From positions 46,128,001-46,192,000 of the forward strand of contig NC_043009.1 in NCBI RefSeq assembly GCF_006345805.1: 64,000 nt of DNA, written 5' to 3'. Numbering within the stretch: the first letter of the stretch is position 1; each line of letters opens with the position of its first letter. Shown here piece after piece: positions 22,911 to 34,282 of the stretch. Position numbers and translations under genes: made by a program. Origin of the DNA: Octopus sinensis (lineage: Eukaryota). Below the pieces are notes generated by a model that had not been told where the DNA came from, made no database searches, and worked only from the letters and a program-made list of their open reading frames with translations.

Positions 22911-25407
22911 AATCAGTTTCAAAACATCATTTAATCAAATATTTCAAAATTCTTCAGTAGATAATTAAATATCATGTAACTTTGCAATGATACCATAATC
23001 CTACTTTAAGTAGTTAATCGTCGATGTTTGGCGTTTCATTAGAACCAAGAATCTTGAATCATAAAGAGAAGAAGGATATCGACTGATATAAAGCTTACAC
23101 TATAGATTTCTATAACCTTTTTTAAATTTCTTCTTACAAGGTTCGACTCAGACTGACGCCATCAATGACTTAATTATTGATTTAACTTTTTTCTTTTAAA
23201 TCTTGGTTCAGATTTGATTGAAAACCAATTACACTTAGTAAATGTATTTTCTTTTTCTTTCTTTTTATTTATTTGTTTATATATTTTTCACAAGATCGTC
23301 CACTAAAACCAGACATTTCATTTCGATGTTAATGGGTTTGTTTGGAATTGTTTTATATATGAACAAAAATTAAAAATTAGATGTTTTATGTTGCTTTTGA
23401 TATTGTTATTTTTTTTATACTGCTAGTAATACTGTATTGTTCAATCAAAAGCAAAAACAACCAAAAAAACAACAACAAAAGAAACAAAGTGTGCAAATAG
23501 AGACACAAAACTGTGGTTTCTACCAATCGAATGCTTGAACGTGACATACAAATACAAAATCACTAACGTAGCCAATTTCTAGACACTACATCTTACAGCT
23601 CTATATTTTACATATTACGCAAGATTGAAAGGGCGAATAACTACTGGCAGGATTGTAGCTGAAATATTTAAAACCACCAACAGAATTGTGACTTAACCAC
23701 TTTCCCTTTGTGTTTTATCACTGGATTATCTCCTTTGATTAATGGGCAGCTCATCGGTTATAAGGATATGAAACGAATATTTACAATATTGAAGAACTGT
23801 TTACATTGACGTTGGAAACTGTAAATACTCTTAGAAATAAATCTAAAGGTTATGTTATCCCATTCTTTTTGGTACACAAATATTCCCGAAGTGCTGGCCA
23901 GATCTACAAACATACCTTACGTCTCTGTTCTTTCGTCTTTCCCGTGGTATTACATGAAGACCGAAAGTATAACACGTAAAGTATAACACGTACGTGTACT
24001 ACAGGAAACGAATCAAGGAATAACCAAATGGAAATTTGAAGTCCTAGTTCTATTATTTTTTCACTTTTTTTTTCTTACAGGCCCCAGTCTCTGGACTGCA
24101 GTCATGCTGGGACTCCAAAATTTAAGGGTTTTAATTGTTCATGTCGCAGTCGAAACTTATTTTAGCTTAGTATCTTTCTTTACCGAGATCTGTTTATCGA
24201 ACTGCTAATCCACGCACACACACACGCACACACATATCTACACGTCGGGTTTCATTGCAGTTTCCGTCTATCAAATTCCATCCACAAGGCATCGATTAAC
24301 CTGAGACCATAGTAAATGCACTAACATTATGTGTTGCACAGTGGGATCGAACACAGAACTACGCAAGGGAAAAGCGAACTTCTTAGTCACATGACTTCCA
24401 GCCTTCTGTAAAGTTCAAGTGGTAGGAGCTGATTTTTTTCGATAAAAAACAGATATAATTCATTCCGTGGCTACTCAGTGTTCTGTTATATGCGATGTCT
24501 GAGGCGATAAAAATCTTGTCGCCAGAACCATCATACATAGTAAGAAATTCCAAGTAACGACGGAATGAATCAATAGCTATTTCTGAATTATAAAGAATAA
24601 AAAAAGATATTCACATTGTTGAGGGTTTCTATATGTTGTGTTGTCTACATGATGTAGATTGCTGGCCTTTCCAGTCACCATACATAGCAATATTTAGTGT
24701 CCAGATCCAGCGTCAGGATGAATCAACCGAGCAAGGTCGACCTAGTACATTTTTACACAATCTCAGAAAGAAGTTGAAGCATACTGCGTAAAATAGAAAT
24801 CAAAATTAATTTAGTAGCTTATGATTATCTATTTTATTTCTCTCCAGATTCAACAATTTTTTCAGAATTCATTGCATACTGCCGTTTTAATCAATCAGTT
24901 TATTAAACTGTAATAAGAACATAATTGTGTTAAAACTAGCAGATAATCCTCAAAATTAATAAAGATTGAAGAAAACTTTTAAATCAAGAGAAAATGCTAC
25001 AAAAAATGCTACAAATAAAATATTTCTTGGAAACAAATCAAAACTGACATTTATGATAATAATTGGCGCATTTATAACATGTTCGATAATGGCAGTTTTT
25101 CTTTATTTAAAGTTTAATTTTCCTTGGTTACTATCGATGTTTTTAATTCCTTGCATGTTTTTTAATGCTTTATTTTTCTACTGATATGCGTCATTCTAGA
25201 AAGATATACACCGTAATGTTTTCAAGACTAAAACAAAAACTATTTTCTTCACATATCCTGGTTTGCTTGCAACCCTGAACATTCTGAAATGATCATGCCT
25301 GTGGCGTAATGCCTGCAAAACCTGGTGAGTCAAAGTAGATTGTTTAGTGTGCAGAACGAATAAATACGTTTTTATCTAAAGCTTTTGCTAATGATTTCTG
25401 CATCATT

Positions 25408-25983
25408 AAAATTCTTCTGTAGTATTTCCTCTGCCTGTCTTGTTTCATTCTTCAAAGCTTTTTATGCAGTCAGATTTCGCAGCAGCTTAACAAATTCACC
25501 ACCTGTGCACTTTAGTGAGGCGATATCATTGTGGACATTGTTGATTCAGAAATAAATAAATAAACTACAAGAAAAAAAAACTCAATCACATTCTTTACAT
25601 TATCATTCTGTTCATTGGTGATGGATGAATCGCCAATCCAATATTTCTTAGTTTCTTTATCACAAAGTTAGGATTGATTTTATGGCTACATCAATATTTT
25701 TTTCCAATTCATTCTTGCCCAAATTTCCAAGTTTCAGTAGAGTGTCATAAATAATTTATATAGACATTTACATTTTCTTCTTGTACCATGCATTTTTGAA
25801 TAATAGCGTCGCTAGTTTAAGGTTTCTGTGGGCCAGTCACTGGTTCACTGCATATCTGGTGGCGAAAACGACAAGGCGGGTTGTGTGCAAAACCAGTAGC
25901 ATAAACAGCATCATTACTTTCTGGAATGCATTGATTTGGCGGTAATTTCTGCTGATGGGTATTTCTTTCATCGATAACCCCAT
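25408..25983 (-). pseudogene. Candidate intronless protein-kinase C-lobe relic
   Basis: One frame reads ATRYAVNQ*LAHRNLKLATLLF..LKLGNLG..TL**RN*EIL..KECD..RQAEEILQ, i.e. subdomains VIa, VIb, VII, VIII, IX, XI in order; 12 in-frame stops. Confidence 0.55.
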
Positions 25984-26128
25984 CACACCGCCCACGCGCG
26001 CGCATGCACACACATGTACATGCATATATGCATATATACGACTCATAAATTTATGTATATACATATACATTTATATAACACATGTATACACATATACACG
26101 TATATTATATATATATGTACATATATAT

Positions 26129-26209
<81 letters not shown>

Positions 26210-26509
26210 TTAATAATTCAGCCGAAATACTTAGCAGGCTATCTGTACAGAAAGATACACCAGGCTAGCAAATATGTCCTGTTGTAGATCTGGGAATCCA
26301 GATAATCCAGGTAATCCGAACTTAAGTTGTCACCAGTCCAATTTGTAAATTCGAGAAATAGTTACAAAGTAAAAATTTGTATGTTGTTACAGAGTAATAT
26401 ATAAAGAAAACAAAATGCACACAGATAATGGTTTTTTATTACATTTATTCCAAATAGCTTGTATATGTTTCTAATAAAATTTGGAAACGTCTAGTTCCCT
26501 TGTGTAATA

Positions 26510-26800
26510 ATCATATTTGTCAATCGATCCAGAGTCGATCGATTGAAAAAATAAGAATATAGATCTGAATATTCTTCCGTGCTACCACATACTGGCTGTT
26601 AAGATAAGGAATCCGACCAATGAGTATTAGTTAAAAACTAGGTCAAATACATGGTTTTAACAGTTGAGCCGGTTTTCAATAATACCCTTTAATAAGATTC
26701 TTTATTTTGGCAGCCAGTATGTGATATCTGAAAAAGATAAGGGAGCTGATCCGTTCTATATTTTTTCTATCGATCGACTATAGATCGATTGATAGATGAC
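26510..26800. mobile_element. Old imperfect foldback/MITE palindrome
   Basis: caatcgatccagagtcgatcgattgaaaaaa and catatactggctg mirrored by cagccagtatgtg and tttttctatcgatcgactatagatcgattg. Confidence 0.7.
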
Positions 26801-26958
26801 TATTACACAAAGGGACTACCCTTTCCAAATTTTGACGGAAACATGTAAGCTCACTGGAAAATATGTCTAAAAGTGCATTATCTGAACTTTTTATATATGT
26901 ACGTAAGTCCATCATATATTTATATATATATATATATATATATCTATATATATATATA

Positions 26959-27379
26959 TGCAACAATATTATGTAAATATCAAACCTGATACATATGTAC
27001 CGGCTGAGTGATATTCTTGCAGTGTATGTAGACAATTAAACCCAGCTGAGTGAAGAAATCCGCTCTTAAACTATTCAGACGTACATTATATTAAATAAAC
27101 GGTCCATAAAATTTACGAAGGGCAGATTCCGAGACAGGTGAATAAAATATGAGTTAATATGAGTAACGGCCGTAATCAATTGGCACGTGTACTACTTCTA
27201 CTGCTACTCAATCTGCCCTTCGTAAATTTTATGGACCGTTTATTTAATATAATGTGCGTCTGAATAGTTTAAGAGCGGATTTCTTCACTCAGCTGGGTTT
27301 AATTGTCTACATACACTGCAAGAATATCATTCAGCCGGTACATATGTATCAGGTTTGATATTTACATAATATTGTTGCA
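26959..27379. mobile_element. Foldback element, 170-bp arms and 81-bp loop
   Basis: 26959-27128 vs 27210-27379; only two mismatches found by eye. Confidence 0.92.
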
Positions 27380-27447
27380 GTGTGTATATTATTCCGATCT
27401 AACGAGGTGCCTCAATTTAAGTACCTAATTCAACTGAATCTTACATG

Positions 27448-27484
<37 letters not shown>

Positions 27485-27488
<4 letters not shown>

Positions 27489-27735
27489 ACTCTTTTACTT
27501 GTTTCAGTCATTTGGCCGTGGCCATGCTGAAGCTCCGCCTTTAGTCAAGAAAATCGACACCCAGTGCTTATTCTTTGTAAGCCTAGTACTTATTCTATCG
27601 GTCACTTTGGTCGAACCGCTAAGTTTCGGGGACGTAAACACACCAGCATCGGCTGTCAAGCGATGTTGGGGGGACAAACACAGACACACAAACATATACA
27701 CACACACACATACATATACATATATATATATATAG
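27485..27735 (-). mobile_element. SINE A 3' half
   Basis: ttttactcttttacttgtttcagtcattt...gggggacaaacacagacacac. Confidence 0.88.
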
Positions 27736-27789
27736 ACAAGGTATTTGTTAGCTTGAGACTATGATATAGATCGTACAATAATAACGTAA

Positions 27790-28085
27790 CATGCAACGAA
27801 ATAGAACCCGAAACCATGGAGCGACGAAGCGGACTTGACGGCCACAAATCGATGTTTTTTTTTAATATAAGGGTGTCTCAAAAGTTCGTAGAAAGTCTTG
27901 GAAAATAATGGTCTTTATTTTGAGGAATAATTTTTGTTGCTTTTGTTAGTACTTGGCGAGTAAAAATTCAATTTTCGCAAGTGTTTACGAACTTTTGGGA
28001 CAACCTTATATTAAAAAAAACCATCGATTTGTGGCCGTCAAGTCCGCTTCGTCACTGCATGGTTTCGGGCTCTAGTTTACATGTC
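27790..28085. mobile_element. Hairpin element: ~75-bp outer arms around a 145-bp mariner-type mini-element (27866-28010)
   Basis: cccgaaaccatg..gacgaagcggacttgacggccacaaatcgatg is mirrored; inner TIRs tataagggtgtctcaaaagttcgta / tacgaacttttgggacaaccttata. Confidence 0.85.
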
Positions 28086-28346
28086 ACAAACAGTAGTAGT
28101 AGGGTAAATATCATTTGGGGTATAACAATTTGTTCCTGTGTAATAAAGTTCAATAATTTTAATTGTAAATAGCATGAAGCATTGAAACCTTTTCAATACA
28201 CTTTTTGCCTAGGTCAAATCCAGTTAACGCCCCACCAATGCACTGAGCTATCTCTTCAAGTTAAACAAAAGTCAATTACTTTTAGGTCTCCATGTATTCA
28301 CCATCTAATAATAGTGAGATATTTTCTTTTTTATTATAAATACTAT

Positions 28347-28492
28347 AGGTACTGGTGTGACTGTACGATAAGAAGCTTGCTACCCAGTCACGTGGTTCTG
28401 GGTTTAGTCCCGCTGCATGGTACCTTCTACTATTTCTTTGGGCCAACCAAAGCTTTGAGAGTAGATCTGGTAGACGGAAACTGAAAGAAGCC

Positions 28493-28586
<94 letters not shown>

Positions 28587-28587
28587 G

Positions 28588-28651
<64 letters not shown>

Positions 28652-28663
28652 CATATATATATA

Positions 28664-28705
<42 letters not shown>

Positions 28706-28712
28706 ATATATA

Positions 28713-28764
<52 letters not shown>

Positions 28765-28773
28765 ATATATATA

Positions 28774-28860
<87 letters not shown>

Positions 28861-29105
28861 GTGTGCGTGGGCGTGGGCGTGCGTGCCTGGGCGTGGGCGT
28901 GTGTATGCGTCCTCTGCCGTCGCTTGACAAGCGGTGTCTTGTTTACCTACCCGTAACTTAGCGGTTCGGTAAAAGAGACCGATAGAATAAGTACCAGGCG
29001 TTAAAAAAGATAAGTACTGGGATCAATTCGACCGACTAAAATTCTTTAAGGCGTTGCCCCAGCATGGCCACAGTCTAATGACTGAAACCAGTAAAAGATA
29101 AAAGA
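28347..29105 (+). mobile_element. Old SINE A with ~370-bp expanded internal (TA)n
   Basis: Degenerate head, aactgaaagaagcctgtc, (TA)n 28495-28860, then ccgtaacttagcggttcgg and tail. Confidence 0.85.
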
Positions 29106-29362
29106 TACTATGTTTAGATTTTAAGCGTTGTTCTTCTCTGTAAATTGTTAAGAAACTTATTCTATCAATGATAACTAAGATGAAGAAACTAAAATGGAAA
29201 AATAAAAAACAAAATTTCCATTGTTCGTAAATTGAATACGACTTTTGTCACTGAATTTTGTCTTCAGTTTCCCATGTGTCTTCAGTGTTCAGAGTCTTAA
29301 AAAAATTCATGATCAATTGTTATGGTGCCTAATATTAACTAATTCTATAAATCATCTCAACT

Positions 29363-29915
29363 GACGTGTTTAGACAAACTCTGCTTGTAATTTATGAGAG
29401 GCCTCAGATAATAAGATCAATGCATGTGTGGAAGTCTTTCATCTTTAGTCTCATGTTCAATAAATGCGTTCGACTATTGATGGACTCCCCAACCAGTTTC
29501 TCAAATTGTCACTTCGCAAGACCAAATTGTAAGTTATCCAAGTGAATTTCTTAATAGTTTCCAAACATCAGAAACCCTCCACACAATCAAATGCATAAGC
29601 TTGGAACATGAATTATGTTACTTCATAAACTAGATCCTCAATAACTTTACAAATGACGAAAAAACTTATCATCAATAACGTTCTGGAGTTACAATCATGC
29701 CAGGGAAATTCGCTGATGGCAGATCTTTCATTTCCAAAATATTACTGAATCCAAATGGTTTGTCATTTGGATTTCAACGGGTCTAATTTCCTGTTAAGAT
29801 ACAGTTCTACCGTTACGATAGAAATAAATTTCTAGGACAATCAACGAAAGTTATTAGATTGAACCGAAAAGATCCTCTCTTTACGCAATTTAAGATTTAC
29901 ATTGATACTTCAACA
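29363..29915 (+). mobile_element. Helitron PIF1-family helicase relic
   Basis: D.FRQTLLVI, INAC, YPSEFLNS, IMLLHKLDP, FGFQRV*FPVK..F....NK.LGQS.KV, matching Helitron RepHel helicase motifs. Confidence 0.82.
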
Positions 29916-31093
29916 CTTAGGAATTCTGCTCTCTTCATCGAAGTACCACACGGCAAAAACCGACAATATTATCTATCTTCAGACTAGCAGGCAGGACAAA
30001 ATGCTTAGTGGCATTTCGCCTGACCTTGAGTTCAGAATTCATATTTGACTGAGGTCGGCTTTGCATTTCATCCTTTTGGGGTCGATAGATTAAGTGCCAG
30101 TTGAGCAACCGGATGGATGTAAGCGACTTACTCCACCCTCCCGAAGTAAGCCAGAATTTGAAACCATTATTTACCGTCAAAATTTGGACTGAACAATAAA
30201 ACACTACTTCAATGACAATGTATTAAGACCTTAATTCTTTATTCACTTTGTAATGCATGCCGTAATCTTCATATTAGTGCGTAGCGTTTTTTTTTATATA
30301 GAATTACCGGGTACCTCGTCCAATAAGGAGAAAACCGATCGACCTTTATGGTCGTTGTTCCGCCTAAGTTGCATAGACATTCCCTTGTCACTGTTCCTAT
30401 CGTCAATGCCGTGAACCCATGATTGGCCCGTTATAAACTTGAAATCAATAACACCATTGTTCATAAAATGACATAGAAAAACAACCAATCAATAAATAAA
30501 TATACTTAGGTAATTTATCGAAAAAGACACGTTTTATCGAACTAAACATTGCGATATCTGTAGAGAGCACACAATTATTGATTAGAACGTTTACTAACAA
30601 GAAAAACAGGAAGAAAAACACAACGAACAAGTGTGTTTCTTTTTAATGCACGAAAATGCTTTAATTTTCTCCATTAATAAAAAAATACAGAAATACTAAT
30701 TATATTATTTTGTTGTATCTATTTTTTGCTTTTCGTTTCACAAATACATTTAAACAGAATTAATCAAACACAATATGCAGAGTTACATCTTCGATTGCTC
30801 ACATTCGCTTCCTCTCCCTCTCCCTCTCCCTCTCGCTCCCACTCCTTTACTTATTGATTGTATGTGTAATTGTTTGTGTTATGTTTTTTATTACACTAAC
30901 TCAAGAGAACATGATTTAAAGCGGCCAACCCAAAATCAATGCTTTTCTTAATTTCGTTTTTATAAAATTTACTTTAATTATAATAAAAGAATACGTCTTT
31001 TGTCAATGTTTACTTTAAAATGTTTGCGGTCTTTTAGAAACAGCAATTCCAATGACCAACGTCATTATCTAAAGAAACTAAATATAAGTAAGA

Positions 31094-31099
<6 letters not shown>

Positions 31100-31187
<88 letters not shown>

Positions 31188-31200
31188 AATAATAATAATG

Positions 31201-31235
<35 letters not shown>

Positions 31236-31248
31236 AATAATAATAATG

Positions 31249-31280
<32 letters not shown>

Positions 31281-31417
31281 GTTGTGATGCATTTGCCTAG
31301 TGTACCCTTATCAGACGGGCAATCATGATGGGTATACTGGGCTTCGTATATTTTACCCCAATGTCACTTTGATGGCATGCACTGCTCTCTCACTCAATAA
31401 TAATAATAATAATAATA

Positions 31418-31448
<31 letters not shown>

Positions 31449-31460
31449 AATAATAATTGT
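31100..31460 (+). repeat. (TAA)n/(TGA)n field containing a 115-bp unique insert (31281-31395)
   Basis: Insert ends gcactgctctctcactc and is flanked on both sides by (AAT)n. Confidence 0.85.
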
Positions 31461-31573
31461 TTCAAATTTGTGGGGGAGAGGATAAGTTGATTACATCAAC
31501 ACAAGTTCTCAACTGGTACTTAATTTATCGACGCTGAAAGGATGAAAGGCAAAGTGGACCTCGGCGGAACTTA

Positions 31574-31889
31574 AACTTAGAACGTAAAGACGGACGAAAT
31601 ACTGCTAAGCATTTTGCCCGGCTGTCAAGCGATTCTCTCAGATTGTCACTTTTAAAACATAATAATAATTCGTTCTACTATAGGCACAAGGAGTGAAAAT
31701 TTGGGGAAGGAGGCTAGTCGATTGCATCGACCCTAGTGTTCAACTGGTACTTATTTTATCGACCTCGAAGGGATGAAAGGCAAAGGTGATCTCGGCGGAA
31801 TTTGAACTCAGAGCGTAAAAACGGACGAAATGCCGCTAAGCATTTTTTCTGCTGTGCCAAAGAATTTGACATCTCGCCGCCTTAAAAAC

Positions 31890-31931
<42 letters not shown>

Positions 31932-32631
31932 AATAACAATAATCCTTTCTACTATAGGTACACGGCCTGGCTTTTGTGGGGAGGGGGACAGATCACATCA
32001 CTCTCAGTATTTAACTGGTACTTATTTCATCACCTCCAAGAGATGAAAGATAGAGTTGATCTCGGCAGAATTTGAACTTAGAAATAGCGAGGGGCGAAAT
32101 ACCGACGATTCCACCAGGCAAAGTTGACCCGGGCAATTTGAACTCAGAACGTAGCGGCAGACGAAATACCTATTTCTACTACCAAAGGGACTAAACACAG
32201 AGAAGACAAACAAGGACAGACAAACGGATTAAGTCGATTACATCGACCCCAGTGCGTAACTGGTACTTAATTTATCGATCCCGAAAGGATGAAAGGCAAA
32301 GTCGACCTCGGCGGAATTTGAACTTAGAACGTAAAGACGGACGAAATACTGCTAAGATTGCCCGGCTGTCAAGCGATTCTCTCAGATTGTCACTTTAAAC
32401 ATAATAATAATTCGTTCTACTATAGGCACAAGGAGTGAAAATTTGGGGAAGGAGGCTAGTCGATTGCATCGACCCTAGTGTTCAACTGGTACTTATTTTA
32501 TCGACCTCGAAGGGATGAAAGGCAAAGGTGATCTCGGCGGAATTTGAACTCAGAGCGTAAAAACGGACGAAATGCCGCTAAGCATTTTTTCTGCTGTGCC
32601 AAAGAATTTGACATCTCGCCGCCTTAAAAAC

Positions 32632-32673
<42 letters not shown>

Positions 32674-33073
32674 AATAACAATAATCCTTTCTACTATAGG
32701 TACACGGCCTGGCTTTTGTGGGGAGGGGGACAGTCGATCACATCAACTCCAGTATTTAACTGGTACTTATTTCATCCACCTCCAAGAGATGAAAGATAGA
32801 GTTGATCTCGGCAGAATTTGAACTTAGAACATAGCGAGGGGCGAAATACCGACGATTCCACCAGGCAAAGTTGACCTCGGTGCAATTTGAACTCAGAACG
32901 TAGCGGCAGACGAAATACCTATTTCTTTACTACCCACAAGGGACTAAACACAGAGAAGACAAACAAGGACAGACAAACGGATTAAGTCGATTACATCGAC
33001 CCCAGTGCGTAACTGGTACTTAATTTATCGATCCCGAAAGGATGAAAGGCAAAGTCGACCTCGGCGGAATTTG
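31574..33073. repeat. Tandem duplication of a SINE-B cluster (747 and 753 bp units)
   Basis: Identical internal landmarks offset by about 742-753 bp (e.g. ORFs 31830 and 32572). Confidence 0.93.
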
Positions 33074-33790
33074 AACTGAGATCGTAACGGCAGACGAAAT
33101 ACCGCTAAGCATTTCGCCCGGCATACTAACGATTCTGCCTGCTCGCCGCCTTACAATGACAATAATAATAACAATAGTAGTTTCTGATTTGCACAGAAGT
33201 CAAACAATTTTGAGGAAAAAGGATTGAATCGGTATCATTGACTCTAGTACATAACTAAATCTCACATCGGTAGGAATTGTATTCTGAAGTGCATTTTGCT
33301 TGACTTTTTAACGATTTTGCGAGTCAAAGTCCCCTTATAAATCTTTATATGAAGGTCACAATGCCAGGAAGTTTAACAGGAGAGAGAGTCAGCCGATTAT
33401 ATCAGCTTCGGTACTGAACTTGTATATTATATTATCAACCACGGAATGTTGAAAAGTAAAATCGACCTTGGCGAATTTTGAACTCAGTTCATAAAGAGGA
33501 GTAACTAAATATCGTAAGCTACTTTGTCCGACTCTTGATCGATTCTAGGTTATAAATTTGGGTAGAGTGAGTAATCAATTAAATCTACACAAGTGTGTGA
33601 TTGGTACTTTATTTATAGAACCCAGAAGAATGAAAGGTAAAGTCAAACTTGACAGAATTTGAACATTAAATGGAAGAATCTCTAACAAATTCCATAAACT
33701 ACTTGTCCGACTCTCAAATTATTCCGAAAAAAAAACAAAGCACAAAAAAAAAAAACATAAGACTTTGGGAGAGAACTTCAAAGATGAAAT

Positions 33791-34282
33791 AATGACATGC
33801 ATAAGATCTGGTCATCAAATCTAAGTAGAGACTTCAAACTTGAAATATTCAAAGCCACAGTCGAACCAATTCTACTATAAGGCTCAGAAACCTGGACGTT
33901 ATCAAAGAAGCTTGAGAGGCGGTTGGATGGAACCTACACTCGCCTCCTTATGAGAGCTCAAAATCTCTCGTGGAAGCGCCATCCAACCAAAATGCAAATG
34001 TATAGGAAACTACCACCTGTGTCATCTCTTGTGAAAGGTAAGAGAGTCCAGTTTGCTGGACATTGTTGTAGAGCTGAAAAAGAAGTAATTTCTACTCTTC
34101 TCCTCTGGAAGCCATCTACTCGCAATACCAGAGGGCGCACACTCTCCTACCCTGATGTAATCTCCAGGGATACAGGCATCCAGCAACAGGACCTCCGTAA
34201 TGTCATGATGGACCGTGAAGTCTGGCGTAGCATGGTAAATTCCATTGTCTCGACCACGGTCGAACAATGATGAATGATGATG
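33791..34282 (+). mobile_element. 5'-truncated RTE LINE with (TGA)n tail and 11-bp TSD
   Basis: IFKATVEPILL*GSETWTL..LDGTYTRLL..RVQFAGHC..DREVWR; TSD aaagatgaaat at 33780-33790 and 34283-34293. Confidence 0.95.

Noticed and set aside
24966-25184. 72-aa ORF with two hydrophobic stretches
   Set aside because: TTG start directly after a stop, T-rich composition explains the hydrophobicity, and it is antisense to sequence downstream of the kinase relic.
25300-25400. IYFDSPGF GTPase G3-like motif in another minus-strand frame
   Set aside because: No properly spaced P-loop upstream; probably chance.
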